This document shows, one piece after another, positions 53,965 through 64,000 of a DNA stretch of 64,000 bases; position 1 is the stretch's first letter; every line of letters begins with the position of its first letter. The DNA comes from Chloropicon primus. Lineage: Eukaryota. The notes under the pieces were generated by a model. The model was not told where the DNA came from. It saw nothing but the letters and a program-made list of their open reading frames with translations, and did not search any database. A program made the translations under genes and the position numbers. Location: assembly GCA_023205875.1 (NCBI GenBank), contig CP060755.1, positions 186,001-250,000 on the forward strand, written 5' to 3'.

Positions 53965-54190
53965 TTCGATATGGCGTATACTCCACGTTCAGCGCGAACA
54001 AAGAGGGGGAGGCCTCTGTGTACAAGCAGTACGGACACAGTTCCGCACTCTCACAGGACAAGAACAAACAGAACCATCTCTCCACCTGAAACACAAACAA
54101 CTCCTTCGCCTGGATCCGACCAAAGATCTCTTTGACATGCAAGCTCCCTCCCGCATTGAAGAACGCGATAGATGGCACCCCGACCGAAGC
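53965..54190 (-). pseudogene. Frameshifted dispersed copy of the HARE-HTH-like module of the 9969-11180 gene
   Basis: Reverse complement reads gccatctatcgcgttcttcaa..gggagggagcttgca..agagatctttg..cggatccaggcgaag...tttgttcgcgctgaacgtgga, homologous to 10548-10770. Confidence 0.8.
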
Positions 54191-54726
54191 AGCGGTGAGG
54201 CTGCCCCTTCGCTAGGCGAATCGTCTTTTGCCGAAGGCGGCGTGAGAGTAGCATCCACACGTTTTGAAAAAGGATAGGAGGAAGAGCGAGAGAGCAGCTG
54301 CCGGCAGCTTGGCGACGAGGGAACAGACCAAGCTTCGACAACTGCGTCGACAGAGAGGAGAGGGAGCACGCAAAGGTGTCCTTGGCGTCTCGCGAGTGCG
54401 CTCGATCTTGTTCTGCCTGACGGACAGACTCGAGCTCGAGGAGTAGAGTGTGTGTCGAGGGGGAGAGTGTGTGTCGAGGGGGAGAGTGTGTGTGTGTGTG
54501 TTGTGTGTGTGAGGGTGGAGTCGCGGTGTCTTCGCGGGGGTGGGGAATTGAGTCGAGTCGAGGGGCGAGGAGCGGCCAGTGGCCTCTGGAGGGAGTGGGA
54601 CGCCAGTTTTCGGGAGTAATTCACTCAACTCGAGAGAGCGACTGCCGGACGTTGGGAGGAGAACTCGAACTCGGAGTGTCGTGCGTGCGTGCGCGCGTTG
54701 GGTGTTGTTGGAGGGAGAGGTCGGCG

Positions 54727-56352
54727 ATGTGGGCATCGATGTCAGCGAGGAAGCAGACGGGTGGCTTGGGGGCGGCGGGCCGCTTGGGCCTGGCTCGATC
54801 TCCGAGATCTGTGGTGGTGGTGAGACGGCCTCGAGGGGGCCGGTCGAGCCAGTGGAAGGCGGAAGGCCGGAGCGCTGGGCGCCTGCGGATCTCTTGCTTG
54901 GGGAACCCTAAGGAGCCCGAGGTCGAGGAGAAGGTCGGTGGGGAGGCCAAGGCTTCGGTCGACGGCAGCTACGACGAGAACGGTGCTCGAATTATCAGAA
55001 AAGTGGAGATCCCGCTCGAGACGGGAGGCGGGGCCGCGAAGGCGGTCAAGCTGGGGACGACGCCGATCGACAAGATGGAGATGTCGAAGGGCTACAACAA
55101 GCTCGTGTGGACCCTGATCACCCTGCTTGCGGTGGCGTTCGTGCTCTGCAACTTGGACAAGGTGAACATGTCGGTGGCGGTCATCCCTCTGGCGGAGCAG
55201 TTCGGCTGGAGCGCCACGGACAAGGGCCTGGTCTCCTCGTCGTTCTTCTGGGGGTACGCTCTCACGCAAATTCCGGCGGGATTCGTGGCGTCGAAGCTCG
55301 GGGGGGGGCCTGTGCTCGTTTTGGCCGTCTTGACGTGGTCCTTGGGCACCGCGGTGGCCCCCCTGGTAGCGGGCTTGGGGATCGTGCCGCTCGCTCTGAG
55401 TAGGCTGATAGTCGGGCTCGGGGAGGGGTTCGCTCCATCGGCGGTGACGGACCTCCTTGCGACCTACGTCCCAAAGAAGCTGCGGGCCAGAGCGGTGACC
55501 ACAGTCTTCGGAGGCATGGAGCTGGGGAACGCCCTTGGGCTGCTCATCTGCGGGCCCCTGATCGAGAGCTCGGGCTGGGCGAGCGTATTCTATATCTTCG
55601 CGGCTCTGGGTTTCGTGTGGTGCGCGGTCTGGCCCTTCTTCAGCCCCGCCAAGCTCGCCGCGTCGATCGACGATGAGATGATCGAGGAGGTGATGAAGAA
55701 GAAGAAGTCCAAGAAGAGCTCCAAGATCCCGTACGGCTCCTTCATGAAGTCTTCGGCAGTCTGGGCCGTGGTGACCGCGCATTTCTGCCACAACTGGGGG
55801 TACTACACTCTCCTGGCGTGGCTCCCATCCTACTTTGAGTCGGTCTTGCAGCTCAACCTCACCGGGGCGGCGAGGATGAGCCTGGTGCCTTACGTGGCCA
55901 TGGCCTTGATGATTCCAGTGGTCGGGGCCGCCGCGGACGGGCTCCAAGAAAAGTACAGCACGACCAACACGAGGAAGATCGCTCAGGGGATCGCTTTTGT
56001 GGGCCCAGCCGTCTGCATGATCGCCTGTGCATTCTTGAGCCCCGTGGCCATCGCTTACAAGCCCTTGCTCCTGACCGTGCTCTCCGTGGCCTTTGCTTTG
56101 TCGACGTTCAGCAGGGGTGGGCTGTACTGCAATCACCAGGACTTGTCACCAAAGTACGCCGCGGCCTTGCTCGGAATATCAAACACTGCTGGGGCGATTC
56201 CTGGGATCATCGGAGTCTGGATGACCGGGAAATTGTTTGACATCACCGGGGGGGACTGGGGCATGTCCCTCTTCGTCCCAATTGTAGCTGCGCAGCTTCT
56301 GGGCTTCATTGTTTTCACGGTGTTCGGGAGCGGAAAACAGATATGGGAATGA
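54727..56352 (+). CDS. MFS anion/phosphate transporter (PHT4/ANTR, SLC17-like), plastid
   Basis: LCNLDKVNMSVA, SSFFWGYALTQIPAG, HFCHNWGYYTLLAWLP.YF, NHQDLSPKYA..LLGISNTAG. Confidence 0.92.
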   Translation: MWASMSARKQTGGLGAAGRLGLARSPRSVVVVRRPRGGRSSQWKAEGRSAGRLRISCLGNPKEPEVEEKVGGEAKASVDGSYDENGARIIRKVEIPLETGGGAAKAVKLGTTPIDKMEMSKGYNKLVWTLITLLAVAFVLCNLDKVNMSVAVIPLAEQFGWSATDKGLVSSSFFWGYALTQIPAGFVASKLGGGPVLVLAVLTWSLGTAVAPLVAGLGIVPLALSRLIVGLGEGFAPSAVTDLLATYVPKKLRARAVTTVFGGMELGNALGLLICGPLIESSGWASVFYIFAALGFVWCAVWPFFSPAKLAASIDDEMIEEVMKKKKSKKSSKIPYGSFMKSSAVWAVVTAHFCHNWGYYTLLAWLPSYFESVLQLNLTGAARMSLVPYVAMALMIPVVGAAADGLQEKYSTTNTRKIAQGIAFVGPAVCMIACAFLSPVAIAYKPLLLTVLSVAFALSTFSRGGLYCNHQDLSPKYAAALLGISNTAGAIPGIIGVWMTGKLFDITGGDWGMSLFVPIVAAQLLGFIVFTVFGSGKQIWE

Positions 56353-56409
56353 GTACGCGTTTTTACTAATTTACGGTCGTTTGTTTCTAATTGTACACTA
56401 TTCGAAGAG

Positions 56410-57348
56410 TTACAGATCGATCTCTTGCCCCTTCTCCTGTGGCTTCTCCCCCCCGTTGAGCAGCACGGTGAGGTCCACGTAATAGGTCGAGAAGCCGACC
56501 ATGAGCCACAGTACAGTCAAGTATTGCGCCAGCGCCCCTGCCATCGTGTACAAGTACACTTGGTACGAAGAGAATCGTAGCGAAAAGTAGACGGCGAGGC
56601 CGGCGAAGAAGAAGAAGCCTGCGCAGCGAAGCGCCAGCTCCTTGATGCGTCTGCTCGTCTCGAACAAGTCGCTACGCACGATTTTGTGGGCGATCAAGTT
56701 GTGCTGTATGGAGTACGTGCAACACACGTGGACGCAAGCGAGCCCGAAGAACAAGAAGGCGGACAAGCCGTGGATCATGATGCTGTGCTTCATGCTCACG
56801 CACGCCGTGGGCAGCATCCAGAAGCTGCTCATCTGGCCCACTCGAATCGTGGTCTGGCACAGGCTCGTTAACTTCTGGTCCTCGGGCGCCCTGCAGAGCC
56901 CACAAAAGTCTAACCGGGCGAGAATTCGCGCGAGCAGCGAAAGCAGGGGCGGTGTCGTGGCCAGGACTTCGTTGGCGCCCTTCCCCTCAAGCGCGCAGTG
57001 GCGGTCAATGCAGTCCAACTGGGCTCTGCCTATCAGATAGAATGCTCTGAACCCGCCCATGGCTGCGAGCGAGAGGCCAACCGCGAAGATGGACTGCTCG
57101 GGCATCAGAATTCCCGTGTAACTTATCGTCGGCAGCCGGTCCAAGCATATCTTGTCCCTGTTCACCTTGAAGCTCCTGTAAAGAGTGGACTCCTTGATCA
57201 GCTCGCAGACCTCCCTCACGTTGTGGCCGACGGCGAAGAATGTTGTCAGCGTGGCCACGATAGTGCATACGCACAGCAGGTGCACCAAGCCAAGAGCGAC
57301 CCGCGGGTCGTTCCAAACGGAAGACAGTTTCCACCGAATGATGGCCAT
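56410..57348 (-). CDS. Frag1/DRAM/Sfk1-family membrane protein
   Basis: LPTISYTG..MPEQSIF, IHG..A..FF, multiple TM helices. Confidence 0.75.
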   Translation of the reverse strand: MAIIRWKLSSVWNDPRVALGLVHLLCVCTIVATLTTFFAVGHNVREVCELIKESTLYRSFKVNRDKICLDRLPTISYTGILMPEQSIFAVGLSLAAMGGFRAFYLIGRAQLDCIDRHCALEGKGANEVLATTPPLLSLLARILARLDFCGLCRAPEDQKLTSLCQTTIRVGQMSSFWMLPTACVSMKHSIMIHGLSAFLFFGLACVHVCCTYSIQHNLIAHKIVRSDLFETSRRIKELALRCAGFFFFAGLAVYFSLRFSSYQVYLYTMAGALAQYLTVLWLMVGFSTYYVDLTVLLNGGEKPQEKGQEIDL

Positions 57349-57638
57349 ATCGTGTCTTCCCTTGCGTCACCTTTTCCCCTCTCCAACCAACATGTCTCTC
57401 CCCCTCCTCGCTGTTGCAGGGCAGAACCCAAGAAGCCAACGCCACAGGTCCCTTGCCTTTCTACCCCAGCGTCTCGGCGTCTTCCCGAGGGAATGAAGCG
57501 TTCCGCCGGGGCTCGAGCGTGGCGTGTCCTCTCCCCTGGCCCAAGACCCTGACCTTGGCACAACCCAAACCTCGTCGCCTTTGGCAGTCCAGGTCCGATC
57601 TGGGGCCAGGAATCACAGTCTGCCTTCCTCTAAGGATA

Positions 57639-59309
57639 ATGATGGCGATGGCGGTGGCGGAGCGGGGAGCCAAGGCGCCGGGGAGGGGTTGCGCGCGAGT
57701 GAGGAGGGCAAGGTTGCCGCGAGGATGGGGTGGAAGGGTTTGGGGTCTCGGGCAGGAGGCGAGGAGGAGGGGGGGGAGAGGAGGAAGCGAGGGGATCCGG
57801 AGGGGATCCTTGGGTGGGGAGACTCCAAACAACTGTTACTTGGTCGCGGTGGCGAGGCCGCCCGTCGGGATCAAGGGGCTGGGATCTCGACGCGACGCGG
57901 CGGGGCCGCGGAGGCGTTGCCACGCGCGCTCGACCCCCTTCGTCTGCCTGGCCTCCAAGTTTCCAAACTCTTTCGAGGACAAGTCGGAGAGCAGGAAAGT
58001 TTCCAAGGATGTTAGGAAGAGGGTGGAGACCGCGGTGGAGAGGCTCAAGTACGAGGTGACCATCGGCGATGTCGCGTCCAGCAGCGGCGTGAGCCTCCTC
58101 GAGGCCGAGAGGGCCCTGCAGGCCCTGGCGGTGGATTCGCAGGGGACGCTGAAAGTGACGCGGGACGGGGAAATACTGTATTCTTACCCGAAGAACTTCA
58201 GGTCGGTCGTGAGAAGCAAGTCCGTGGCCATCCGCCTGGAGCCAGGGATCGCAAAGACAAAGGCGGTCGCCGCGTACTTGGTGAGGGTCGGGTTCGGCAC
58301 GGCTCTCATCGCCTCCATTGCGATCGTCTTCGCTGCGATTATCGTGATCTCCACGAGCTCGAGCAACGACAGAGACAACCGAAGGAGCAGCAGCAGCTCC
58401 TCCCTGCCGATGATGTTCAGGATAAGCCCCTTCGACCTGTATTACCCTTATTGGGACCCTTATTATTACAGGAGAAGGCGCGAGAGGCTGGCTTACGGGG
58501 AGGAGATGAACACGCTGGAGGCCATCTTCAGCTTTGTCTTCGGTGACGGGGACCCGAACGAGGGCCTCGAGAGCGCCAAGTGGGAAGCGATAGGCCAGGT
58601 CATAAGGCGATCCAAGGGGGTCGTGACAGCGGAGCAGCTCGCGCCCTTCGTGATCGGCGAAGCGAGGGAGGAGGATCCGAACAACCCGTTGGACAGGGAG
58701 AGCTTTGTCCTTCCAGTTCTGCAAAAGTTCGACGGAAGGGCTGAGGTGGACGAGAGCGGGAATATCGTGTACTGCTTTCCAGAGCTGCAGAAGACTGCTG
58801 GGTCGCAAGTACCGAGCGACGTGGCGTCCAAGTACGGCTACTTGCGGGAGGAGGGGTGGCAGTTCACGAAAGCTGCTTCGGGTCAGGTTGCGGCAGCCGT
58901 TGGTCTGGGGCTCGTCAACGTTTTCGGCATCGCCAGCTTGACCAACATCCTGGCAAACTCGGCGATTACCACGTCTCAGATCGCTCAAACGTACGGCGGC
59001 GTTGTTGCCCTTGCCATCAATCTCCTACCGTTCCTCAAGGTCTACGCCGCGGGCTTTTTCGCCATCCCCTTGCTGAGGTGGCTGTTCAACAGGAACACGA
59101 ACAAGGACATCGAGACGAGGAACGCGAGGCGGCTGATTGCTTACCAGAAGCTCAAGCAGATGGAGCCTGGACTGAGGAACAAGCTGAGATCCGCGAGGAG
59201 ATACGCGGACACGCAGGTCATCAGCGACAGAGGGGCGGTGTACACCAGTGATACGGACTTGGAGCAGGCGGCGATGGACGATTTTGATGCCAAGCTCGGG
59301 GAAAAGTAA
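57639..59309 (+). CDS. Conserved plastid/cyanobacterial membrane protein (At5g03900-like)
   Basis: VTIGDVA..SG..L.EAE.AL..LA.D..G.L.V...GEILY, LEAIFSFVFGDGDPN, GVV.AEQLAP. Confidence 0.82.
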   Translation: MMAMAVAERGAKAPGRGCARVRRARLPRGWGGRVWGLGQEARRRGGRGGSEGIRRGSLGGETPNNCYLVAVARPPVGIKGLGSRRDAAGPRRRCHARSTPFVCLASKFPNSFEDKSESRKVSKDVRKRVETAVERLKYEVTIGDVASSSGVSLLEAERALQALAVDSQGTLKVTRDGEILYSYPKNFRSVVRSKSVAIRLEPGIAKTKAVAAYLVRVGFGTALIASIAIVFAAIIVISTSSSNDRDNRRSSSSSSLPMMFRISPFDLYYPYWDPYYYRRRRERLAYGEEMNTLEAIFSFVFGDGDPNEGLESAKWEAIGQVIRRSKGVVTAEQLAPFVIGEAREEDPNNPLDRESFVLPVLQKFDGRAEVDESGNIVYCFPELQKTAGSQVPSDVASKYGYLREEGWQFTKAASGQVAAAVGLGLVNVFGIASLTNILANSAITTSQIAQTYGGVVALAINLLPFLKVYAAGFFAIPLLRWLFNRNTNKDIETRNARRLIAYQKLKQMEPGLRNKLRSARRYADTQVISDRGAVYTSDTDLEQAAMDDFDAKLGEK

Positions 59310-59371
59310 ATGCTTGCTTTCACAGGACAGGGTCCCTCTCTTAGACCAGCGAATTCTTCTTCCGTTCTGAA

Positions 59372-60451
59372 CTAGATCAGATCTTTCACCTCAAAGTCCG
59401 CCCTTGCCCTCCACGATTGGTTGGGTTCGAGCTTGACCCTTTCAGAAGTCTTGGCGTTTTCAACGCAAACGAATTCCTTGTAGCAGGCCTCCATCGAAGT
59501 CCACGGGTTCCACACCACGCAGTCCGACCAATTCTCGTTTTGGATCTGCACTCCGGCGCCTGTTCCCACGTTCAACACGACCTCGCTCGGGGCTTCCGTA
59601 TAGATTCTGTCTGTCTCTCCCGAGAAGGCCACCTCCTCGTTGGCCTCCGTCTCCTGCTTCGGGTTGTTCGGATCGGGCACCTTGTTCAGGTACGTCAACC
59701 CGCCCAAACCAGAGATACTGGCGTTCTCGACACCGGCCACTTCAAAGTAGGAGTGAAGGGCTGCGGTGAACTCGAACGCGGAATCGCCCGTGTTGATCAC
59801 CCTGAAGTCCGTCTGGAGAGTCTCCCTGTGCAGCGTGATGGAGTAGCTCACCCTAAAGGCGTGGGGGAAACCGCACTCCCTGGTGCCCTCGCTGTCCTCC
59901 AGCACGAGCTCCACGTTCGGGTCCCTGTCGTCCGGGTTGTAGTCGGCGGACGTGGATGCTACGCTCCAAACGGAGTCGCGCGCGAACCCGTGCTGCTTCA
60001 TCTCTCCCGGGCCGAACTGGGGGAAGCAAATGGGGATGCCTCCGGAGATGGCCTTAGTCCTATCGAACTTGGCATCCGGGCGGACGTACAGCACTTCATC
60101 GCCGCTCGCCTGCTTCCACGAAGTCACGCAGGCGCCGTAGAGATACACTTCCGCACTGCTCCCGCACGCGTGGTTCAGGACGACCTTTGTCAGCCCGCCG
60201 CGGCCCTCCTCGAACGCCACGCTCTTCCCTTCCTCGTTGGTCAGGCCGTAAGTCTTCTGCAGTTCCTCGGCAGAGGGGGGAACGGCACGAAGGCCCTCCC
60301 TCGACAACAATACGCGACGATCTCGGGCGCGTCCCTTGGCGCACTCCGGTCTCCTCCAGGTTGCACTCGAGGCACCCCTCAAACCCCTCCCTCGCCTTCC
60401 TCGGCTCCCCTCAAAGGGGCACCACCGCGATTGACTCGCCGCACAACGCAT
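59372..60451 (-). CDS. Aldose 1-epimerase family (glucose-6-phosphate 1-epimerase)
   Basis: LYGACVTSW, AISGGIPICFPQFG, QHGFAR, FTAALHSYF, VVWNPW, FVCVE. Confidence 0.92.
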   Translation of the reverse strand: MRCAASQSRWCPFEGSRGRRGRGLRGASSATWRRPECAKGRARDRRVLLSREGLRAVPPSAEELQKTYGLTNEEGKSVAFEEGRGGLTKVVLNHACGSSAEVYLYGACVTSWKQASGDEVLYVRPDAKFDRTKAISGGIPICFPQFGPGEMKQHGFARDSVWSVASTSADYNPDDRDPNVELVLEDSEGTRECGFPHAFRVSYSITLHRETLQTDFRVINTGDSAFEFTAALHSYFEVAGVENASISGLGGLTYLNKVPDPNNPKQETEANEEVAFSGETDRIYTEAPSEVVLNVGTGAGVQIQNENWSDCVVWNPWTSMEACYKEFVCVENAKTSERVKLEPNQSWRARADFEVKDLI

Positions 60452-60857
60452 AACTCTTCGCCGCTCCTGAATCTCAATCTGCTTCTGCGGAGGCCCAAGG
60501 AGACAGAGAGACGGAGACGGAGACGACCTTCCTGTTCCTGAGGGGGTGGGTCCCCTGAACCTTTGCCTCGATCGGGATGGGAGGGGCCCGGAGCAGGCGG
60601 GGAGAGACTTGATGTGTGTGCTTTAAGATCAAGATATCAAAAGTGCTTTAGCTATATATATATAATCGATTGTTCCGTATGCGCCTCCTCGGTCCACGCC
60701 AGTGCGCTTTCCTCCTTTCCTGAGATCCAGCCTCCTCAGTCCTATACGTGGACACACATCCAAGTCATCTTCTTTCCGGCCCGCTCTTGACAAAAATACT
60801 TATACACAAACAACCTCAGAATGAAGGGACAGCGCAGTGGAAGGGTGCGTTCCAGGC

Positions 60858-61782
60858 TCAAGACAACCTGTAGGTTTGGCTTCCATAGTCCGTCCCAGAG
60901 TAAGTCATATGCGATCCCATGTACTTCATGTTGATCTTGTTCTTCCTCTTGGAAGTCGCGAACAAGTTCTTGGAACGGTTCTCGGCGTCTGCGCACCTCT
61001 CCGCTTTCCTCTTCATGAACTCGGCGAACTTGATGGCACCAGCAACGCCTTCAAAGTCGATGTTATGCTTGGAGGCCACAGCGGTTCGGAGGGTGCTGAA
61101 TTTTTCGGTGGGGAGCGTCCCCGTCTTCGAAGGAGACCCGCCTCCTCGCCAAGGCTCGCCTTTGAAGACCTTGCTCCTCCTCAACCCAGACCAACCATTT
61201 CTTGCAGTCGTGTCCGGTCCTCCCAAATCCCCAGGCCCCAGATACATCGTTGTGTAAATGCCCATAGCCTCTTTATCGTAAGCGCAAATACCTGGGCCGC
61301 AGCCTTTCTCCCAAAGGAAGAGCGTTACCTTTCACTCGGCAATGCGAAAGGGAGAGACCCAAACCCAAACGAATGGACAGCCACTGTATAATCTAAACTG
61401 TCGAACCGTCGGTCGGATTCTTCCTCGTCGTCCTCACAGACACCTCGACAGACCTTTGGGGGCCAAGCTCCCGGCAAGCCCGAATCCGGCAAAAGGTCAA
61501 GGTCAAGGTCAAGGCAGAGCCCTCTCTCTCGCCAAGGTCCTCTTCACACAGGGTTCCGTTCCCGTCCTTCGGCTTCCACACCCTTGGTGCGTGCCCTAGT
61601 CCTAGCCCCTCTTCCGACTCCTCGTTGGCTCCTGCTCCTGCTTCGTTCCGTAATGGAGTGTAGTAATCCCCGTTGTATTCTTCCAAGTCGAAGGAAAGAT
61701 GGTTTCCGCGGGAACCATTGACGTCGTGGAATACAATATTGTATAATAGTAAAGCCATGGTGGAATACAAGCGCACCCTCAT
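60858..61782 (-). CDS. Hypothetical protein, probably multi-exon (structure uncertain)
   Basis: Two colinear minus-strand ORFs with a GTAAC donor near 61329. Confidence 0.4.
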
Positions 61783-61908
61783 TGACTGGGATTCCCCCGT
61801 GGGGGGGAGGAAGGAGGGGGGGGGGAGCTCTAAAGCAAAGCAGAGGGTATATATGTATGTATGTTCGGATATCAGGAGTGATGATGCGTTACAATCGACG
61901 TTTTTGGA

Positions 61909-63216
61909 TTAAATAATTTTCCGGACGTACATCAGGGGGTTATCCGCACTGCCTTGGGGGTGGTAGCTGTGGAGGTGGTCCTCCAGGACGTCGTCCACCT
62001 GCTTGCCGGGGGATATCGTGAGTCCCTCCAGCCAAGCTCGGAGTTCCGCGGCCTTCCACCGGGGCCTGACGCGAAAGAGAAGGTCGAACCTGCCCTTCGG
62101 ATCCCGGGGGAGCTTGTCGAAGAAGACGACGGCGCCGCTGTCGTCCTGCAAAGCGAGTCCCTCGAGCATTTCGGCGGACACCTCCATGCCCACTGGAACC
62201 GTGTTGCTCCACTCCTCCATAAACGGTTCGAGCTTGCTGTAAGCCTTCTTCCTCAGCAGCTTCCTCGCGTAGTGGACGCAGAGCTTCTTCTCGACGATTG
62301 ATCCGACGGTCCCCTCCGTCACGCTTCCCAAAAACATCGGGGCGGTTCCCAAGACCCTTATCACATGCAGCGTCGTCTCCCTCCTGAACTCCTCCTCCTC
62401 CATGCACGCGAGGACGCGCTCCAGAGGCAGCTCTCCCCAGCCCCAGCCGTTCTCAGAGACCTTGCTGACCAGAACATCGATCAGGGCCGAGGCCGAGGCC
62501 TCGGTAACGCGGACCCACCTGTCCCCGACCTGCATCGCGTCGCCCCGGCGCTGCAGCTCCTCCAGGATCTCGCTCTCGCTCCCTTGGACCATGTCCACCA
62601 GCTCTTCGAGGGTGTGACCAACGATGGGATCCTCGCCGCCGGCCTGGCCCGATCCACCCAAGTCGCCGTCGTCCCCCGCCCCCAGGAGCTCGTCGAGCAT
62701 CTTGAAGTCGGGGGCGATCTCCTCAATCTCCCAGTTCTCGCTCACTATGGTGCACACCTTCAGGCCCCCCGGCGGAGAGCTCCTGGCGCTCGCGCTCGCC
62801 ATCTGCGTCATGGGGCCCGGGGTCCCCCCGGGAGACCCCACCGCGTCCCCTTCCGCGCGCCCCTCCGCGGGCTTGAAGCACTTGGAGTCGCCGTCCTCGA
62901 CGAGGAAGACCGAGTTGGAAGTCTCCACCACCCTCACCGCGAAGGTCTTGTCCACCGTGCACAACACGACCTTCTCGTCGGGCTCGCTCGCCTTTATCAC
63001 GGCACCGCCCTCCTGGAGGCAGCGAAGCATCTCGTCCGAACCGATCTCGAGCAGTTTGATCCCCTTCGTCTCCTGCTCCTCGAAGGAGAGCGTGAGCGAC
63101 TCGTCCTTGGGCCGCACGCCGGCCGCCTCCTCTCCCTCTTGCGGAGCGCCCTCCGCTTTCCTCTTCATCGGAAGGACTGAACCCGGCCCCGCCGTGCCCT
63201 CGTCGTCGCCGGCCAT
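61909..63216 (-). CDS. DCC1: Sister chromatid cohesion protein Dcc1
   Basis: VLCT.DKTFAVR.VETSNS.FL, VQGSESEI..EL, F..EW...VP, LP.DP..RF..LF..RPRW. Confidence 0.88.
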   Translation of the reverse strand: MAGDDEGTAGPGSVLPMKRKAEGAPQEGEEAAGVRPKDESLTLSFEEQETKGIKLLEIGSDEMLRCLQEGGAVIKASEPDEKVVLCTVDKTFAVRVVETSNSVFLVEDGDSKCFKPAEGRAEGDAVGSPGGTPGPMTQMASASARSSPPGGLKVCTIVSENWEIEEIAPDFKMLDELLGAGDDGDLGGSGQAGGEDPIVGHTLEELVDMVQGSESEILEELQRRGDAMQVGDRWVRVTEASASALIDVLVSKVSENGWGWGELPLERVLACMEEEEFRRETTLHVIRVLGTAPMFLGSVTEGTVGSIVEKKLCVHYARKLLRKKAYSKLEPFMEEWSNTVPVGMEVSAEMLEGLALQDDSGAVVFFDKLPRDPKGRFDLLFRVRPRWKAAELRAWLEGLTISPGKQVDDVLEDHLHSYHPQGSADNPLMYVRKII

Positions 63217-63395
63217 CTCCCTCTCTCCCTCCTTCCTTCCTCGAACGTGAACGAGAACGCGCGGGAAATGAATGAAAGGTCGGCCAGGAGAAGGAAAAAA
63301 GAAAACGGCAGAAGGGCCGATTGGATATATCACAAGTCTAATTTGTCACAATGGTTTTTGGCACAATGATGGTGGTGGTGTAGAACTCGAGCGCC

Positions 63396-64000
63396 TCACC
63401 AGTTCCTTGGCGAAGTCTGAGCGAGCTCCACGACGGGGGTGCACGTTGCGTCGGCGCAACAAGCGTCATCCATGCGAGGCGCCGAGGGGCTGCCGTTGGA
63501 GAAAGCTCGTTGGAACACGGGGTCGCTGTGCACGGGGATGCCAATCACCTGGGAGGCGACGACGTGCCGCTTCCTTCGGTCGAGTTTCCTCTTCCTGGCG
63601 ATGAATCCAGCGGTCCCGGCGAGGACGAGAACTGCGGCCCCGCAGACGGCGTAAAAAATGTTTGAGCCGAGCAGAATCTTCAACCCAAGGACGTTGACGC
63701 TCTCGGAGGCGGAGGAGGACTGCACACTGAATCCTACCTCGATGGTGTTGCTCGGATTTCCCGCTTGATCCATGGAGCTGACGAGGAACTTGTAGTCCCC
63801 AGCAACGAGGTCTTCGATCTTGAAGGGCGACTGGCACCCCACTTGCTTCAAGACGGCTCCGGCCAACACGCCCCCCCCCCCCCTCGCCAACTTTTGCAGT
63901 ACGCACGTGTACAGCGTCGAAGAGTTCTTGTCAAAGGGAGTCCCGAGCCCCAAGTTCGCGAAAACGATGGAGACGGAACCCCCGTTCTCCTCGTCGACCA
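63396..64000 (-). CDS. C-terminal part of a single-pass membrane protein with an Ig/FN3-like module
   Basis: CQSP....L..GDYKFLVSSMDQAGNPS followed by a TM helix and basic stop-transfer residues. Confidence 0.65.
   Translation of the reverse strand, partial: VDEENGGSVSIVFANLGLGTPFDKNSSTLYTCVLQKLARGGGGVLAGAVLKQVGCQSPFKIEDLVAGDYKFLVSSMDQAGNPSNTIEVGFSVQSSSASESVNVLGLKILLGSNIFYAVCGAAVLVLAGTAGFIARKRKLDRRKRHVVASQVIGIPVHSDPVFQRAFSNGSPSAPRMDDACCADATCTPVVELAQTSPRNW

Overview
Gene-dense eukaryotic nuclear DNA: short GT-AG introns, GC-rich codons, plastid-type genes such as Rubisco LSMT, IMPL1 and a RETICULATA-related protein. The organism is most likely a compact green alga such as Chloropicon (inference). 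About 30 ordinary genes surround one exceptional locus. At 34149-36317 (-) is an intact 722-aa Fanzor2/IS607-TnpB-like RNA-guided nuclease with a duplicated, NLS-like basic N-terminus. A structured candidate omegaRNA follows its stop codon. The nuclease sits in a 4,937-bp insertion (33875-38811) bounded by an exact 25-bp direct repeat, and this insertion appears to split a host gene. The insertion also carries near-identical copies of two nearby loci (13262-13406 and 19014-~21212) joined at a 12-bp microhomology, which creates a chimeric ORF. No transposase was seen. Secondary oddities are a dispersed HARE-HTH-like module, a family-4 UDG lacking Fe-S cysteines, an LRR-FN2 fusion, a MEKHLA-WHEP fusion and a CW-type MORC. 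All family calls come from motif recognition by eye, not from database searches.
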